The notes under the pieces are model-generated. The model had not been told where the DNA came from. It did not search any database and saw only the letters and a program-made list of their open reading frames with translations. From the NCBI RefSeq assembly GCF_036321535.1, contig NC_087436.1, positions 101,744,001 to 101,808,000 on the forward strand: a stretch of 64,000 bases of DNA, written 5' to 3'. Both the position numbers and the translations under genes were made by a program. This DNA comes from Camelus dromedarius. Lineage: Eukaryota. Of the stretch, positions 62,560 through 64,000 are shown one piece after another (the first letter of the stretch is position 1; each line of letters opens with the position of its first letter).

Positions 62560-64000
62560 CTTTATTGTGGATCTAAGTTTCTACTTGGTAAAATTTTCCT
62601 TGTGCTTGAAGGAATTTTTTTTTAATATTTCTTGCAGTGCAGGTCCCCTAGTAATGAGTTATTTTGGGTTTTGTCTACATAATAGTTCTTATTTCATCTT
62701 TATTTTTGAAAACTATTTTCACTGATGAAGAATTCTTGACTGGTAATTTGCTGGTTTTTCTTTCAATATTTTAAAGATATTGCCTTACTGTGCTCTGGCT
62801 TGAATTGTTTCTGAAGAGAAATATGCTGTCATAGTTATCTTTATTTAATTGTACCTAACATACTTTTTTTTTTCTCTAGTTGCTTTTAAGATATCTTCTT
62901 TATTATTACTTTTTTGAAAAATTTACTTAATTCACACCTTTGTGCAGTTTTATTAATGCTTCTTGTATTTGGAGTTCTTAGAGCTTTTGGATCTGTGGTT
63001 TTATAGTTTACATCAAATTTGCAAAATGATTTCAGCCACCTTTAAAAAAATTGTCCCCATCCTTCCTAAGGATTCCTATTATACATATATTTGGCTGCTT
63101 GAAGTTGTACCACAGTTCACTGGCGGTCTCTTCTTTCTTTTACAAGTTACTTTTATCCATGTTTCATTTCAGACATTTTCTGTTGTTATGCCTTCAAGTC
63201 TACTTCAAATATACTATTTTTTTTTTCCAGAAATGTTTAGTGTGATCTTTATCTCATGCAGCATATTTTTCATCACTGACATTTTCATTTTCATTTGTAG
63301 AATCTGATTTTGTTTCTTTTAACATTTATTTAATGTCTCCATTTAGCATACAATCCTTTCTGCAGTTTCTTCAACATGTGAATTATAATTATAATAACTA
63401 TTTAGTGTTCTTGATTACTGATTCTATTATCTGTATTATTTATGGATAATTTGTATTGATTTTTTTCTTCTTTTCACTGTGAATTATAATTTCCTGTCTT
63501 TTCATATCTTGCAATTTCTCATAGGATGTCAAACCTGAAAATGTTACTCTGTTTGGAGCTAGGTATTTTTATGTACCTTTATTAAATATTCTGAAAATTT
63601 GTTATGGGACACAGTTATATTATATTAGAAACAGTTTGATTCTTTTGAGTTTTTGATTTTAAAGCATTTTGAGTTGAGTCCACAGTAAATTTTAGTCTAA
63701 AGTTCATTTCTCCCCACCACAGAGGTAAGAATCCTCTTAGTCTAATGGCTTCTCTGTGAATTATGAGGTTTTCCCGTCAGGCTGATGGGAACATATTTTT
63801 CTCTGGTCCTGTGTGAACTGGGGGCACTACTGCCTCTAACCTTTTCAGTTGATTATCTCTCTAGCCATCGGCAATACCCTCATATATACACTGACTAGTG
63901 TTCAGATGAGTATTTGAGAGGAATACTGTGAAGATCTCCAAAGTTCTCTCTCTGAAGCACTCTCTCCACTTTGTTCTGTGAACTCCAGCCATCTTGGATT
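62560..64000 (-). mobile_element. Old L1 (L1M-type) ORF1 and 5' region; runs off window end
   Basis: Antisense ORF1 text 'aatatttcttgcagtgcaggtccc', 'gagcttttggatctgtggttttatagtttacatcaaatttg', 'ttgtaccacagttcactgg'; same region type as 1-800. Confidence 0.85.

Noticed and set aside
1..64000. A novel multi-gene or prokaryote-style system (operon, CRISPR, defence island)
   Set aside because: The longest ORF is 160 aa, there is no gene-dense structure, and the window is typical mammalian repeat-rich non-coding DNA.
1..64000. Inverted L1 ORF1 regions at the two window ends forming a giant inverted repeat
   Set aside because: These are independent, heavily diverged old L1 copies; their position at the edges is a windowing coincidence.

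Overview
AT-rich, CpG-poor mammalian non-coding DNA (intergenic or deep in a long intron). It is most likely camelid (alpaca/vicuna/llama/camel): it carries a tRNA-Ala-derived SINE resembling Vic-1 and several artiodactyl-type L1 3' ends, and I see no ruminant, pig, primate or rodent SINEs. A large part is interspersed repeat in three age layers: ancient MIR/L2; eutherian L1M, MaLR (MLT1), ERVL/ERV1 LTRs and hAT MITEs; and younger L1/SINE insertions that retain target-site duplications (TSDs). I cannot support any protein-coding gene, RNA gene, CRISPR array or prokaryote-type system. The ORF track is explained by L1 remnants, microsatellites and chance. I found no convincing new biological system. 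The best leads are retrotransposition footprints (a possible micro 3' transduction, a 3'-truncated L1 with TSDs, repeated L1 insertion at one site), unverified exon-like segments (three on the minus strand are phase-compatible), and a compound minisatellite. Repeat subfamily names come from remembered consensus similarity, not a database search. Boundaries of old repeats are approximate.
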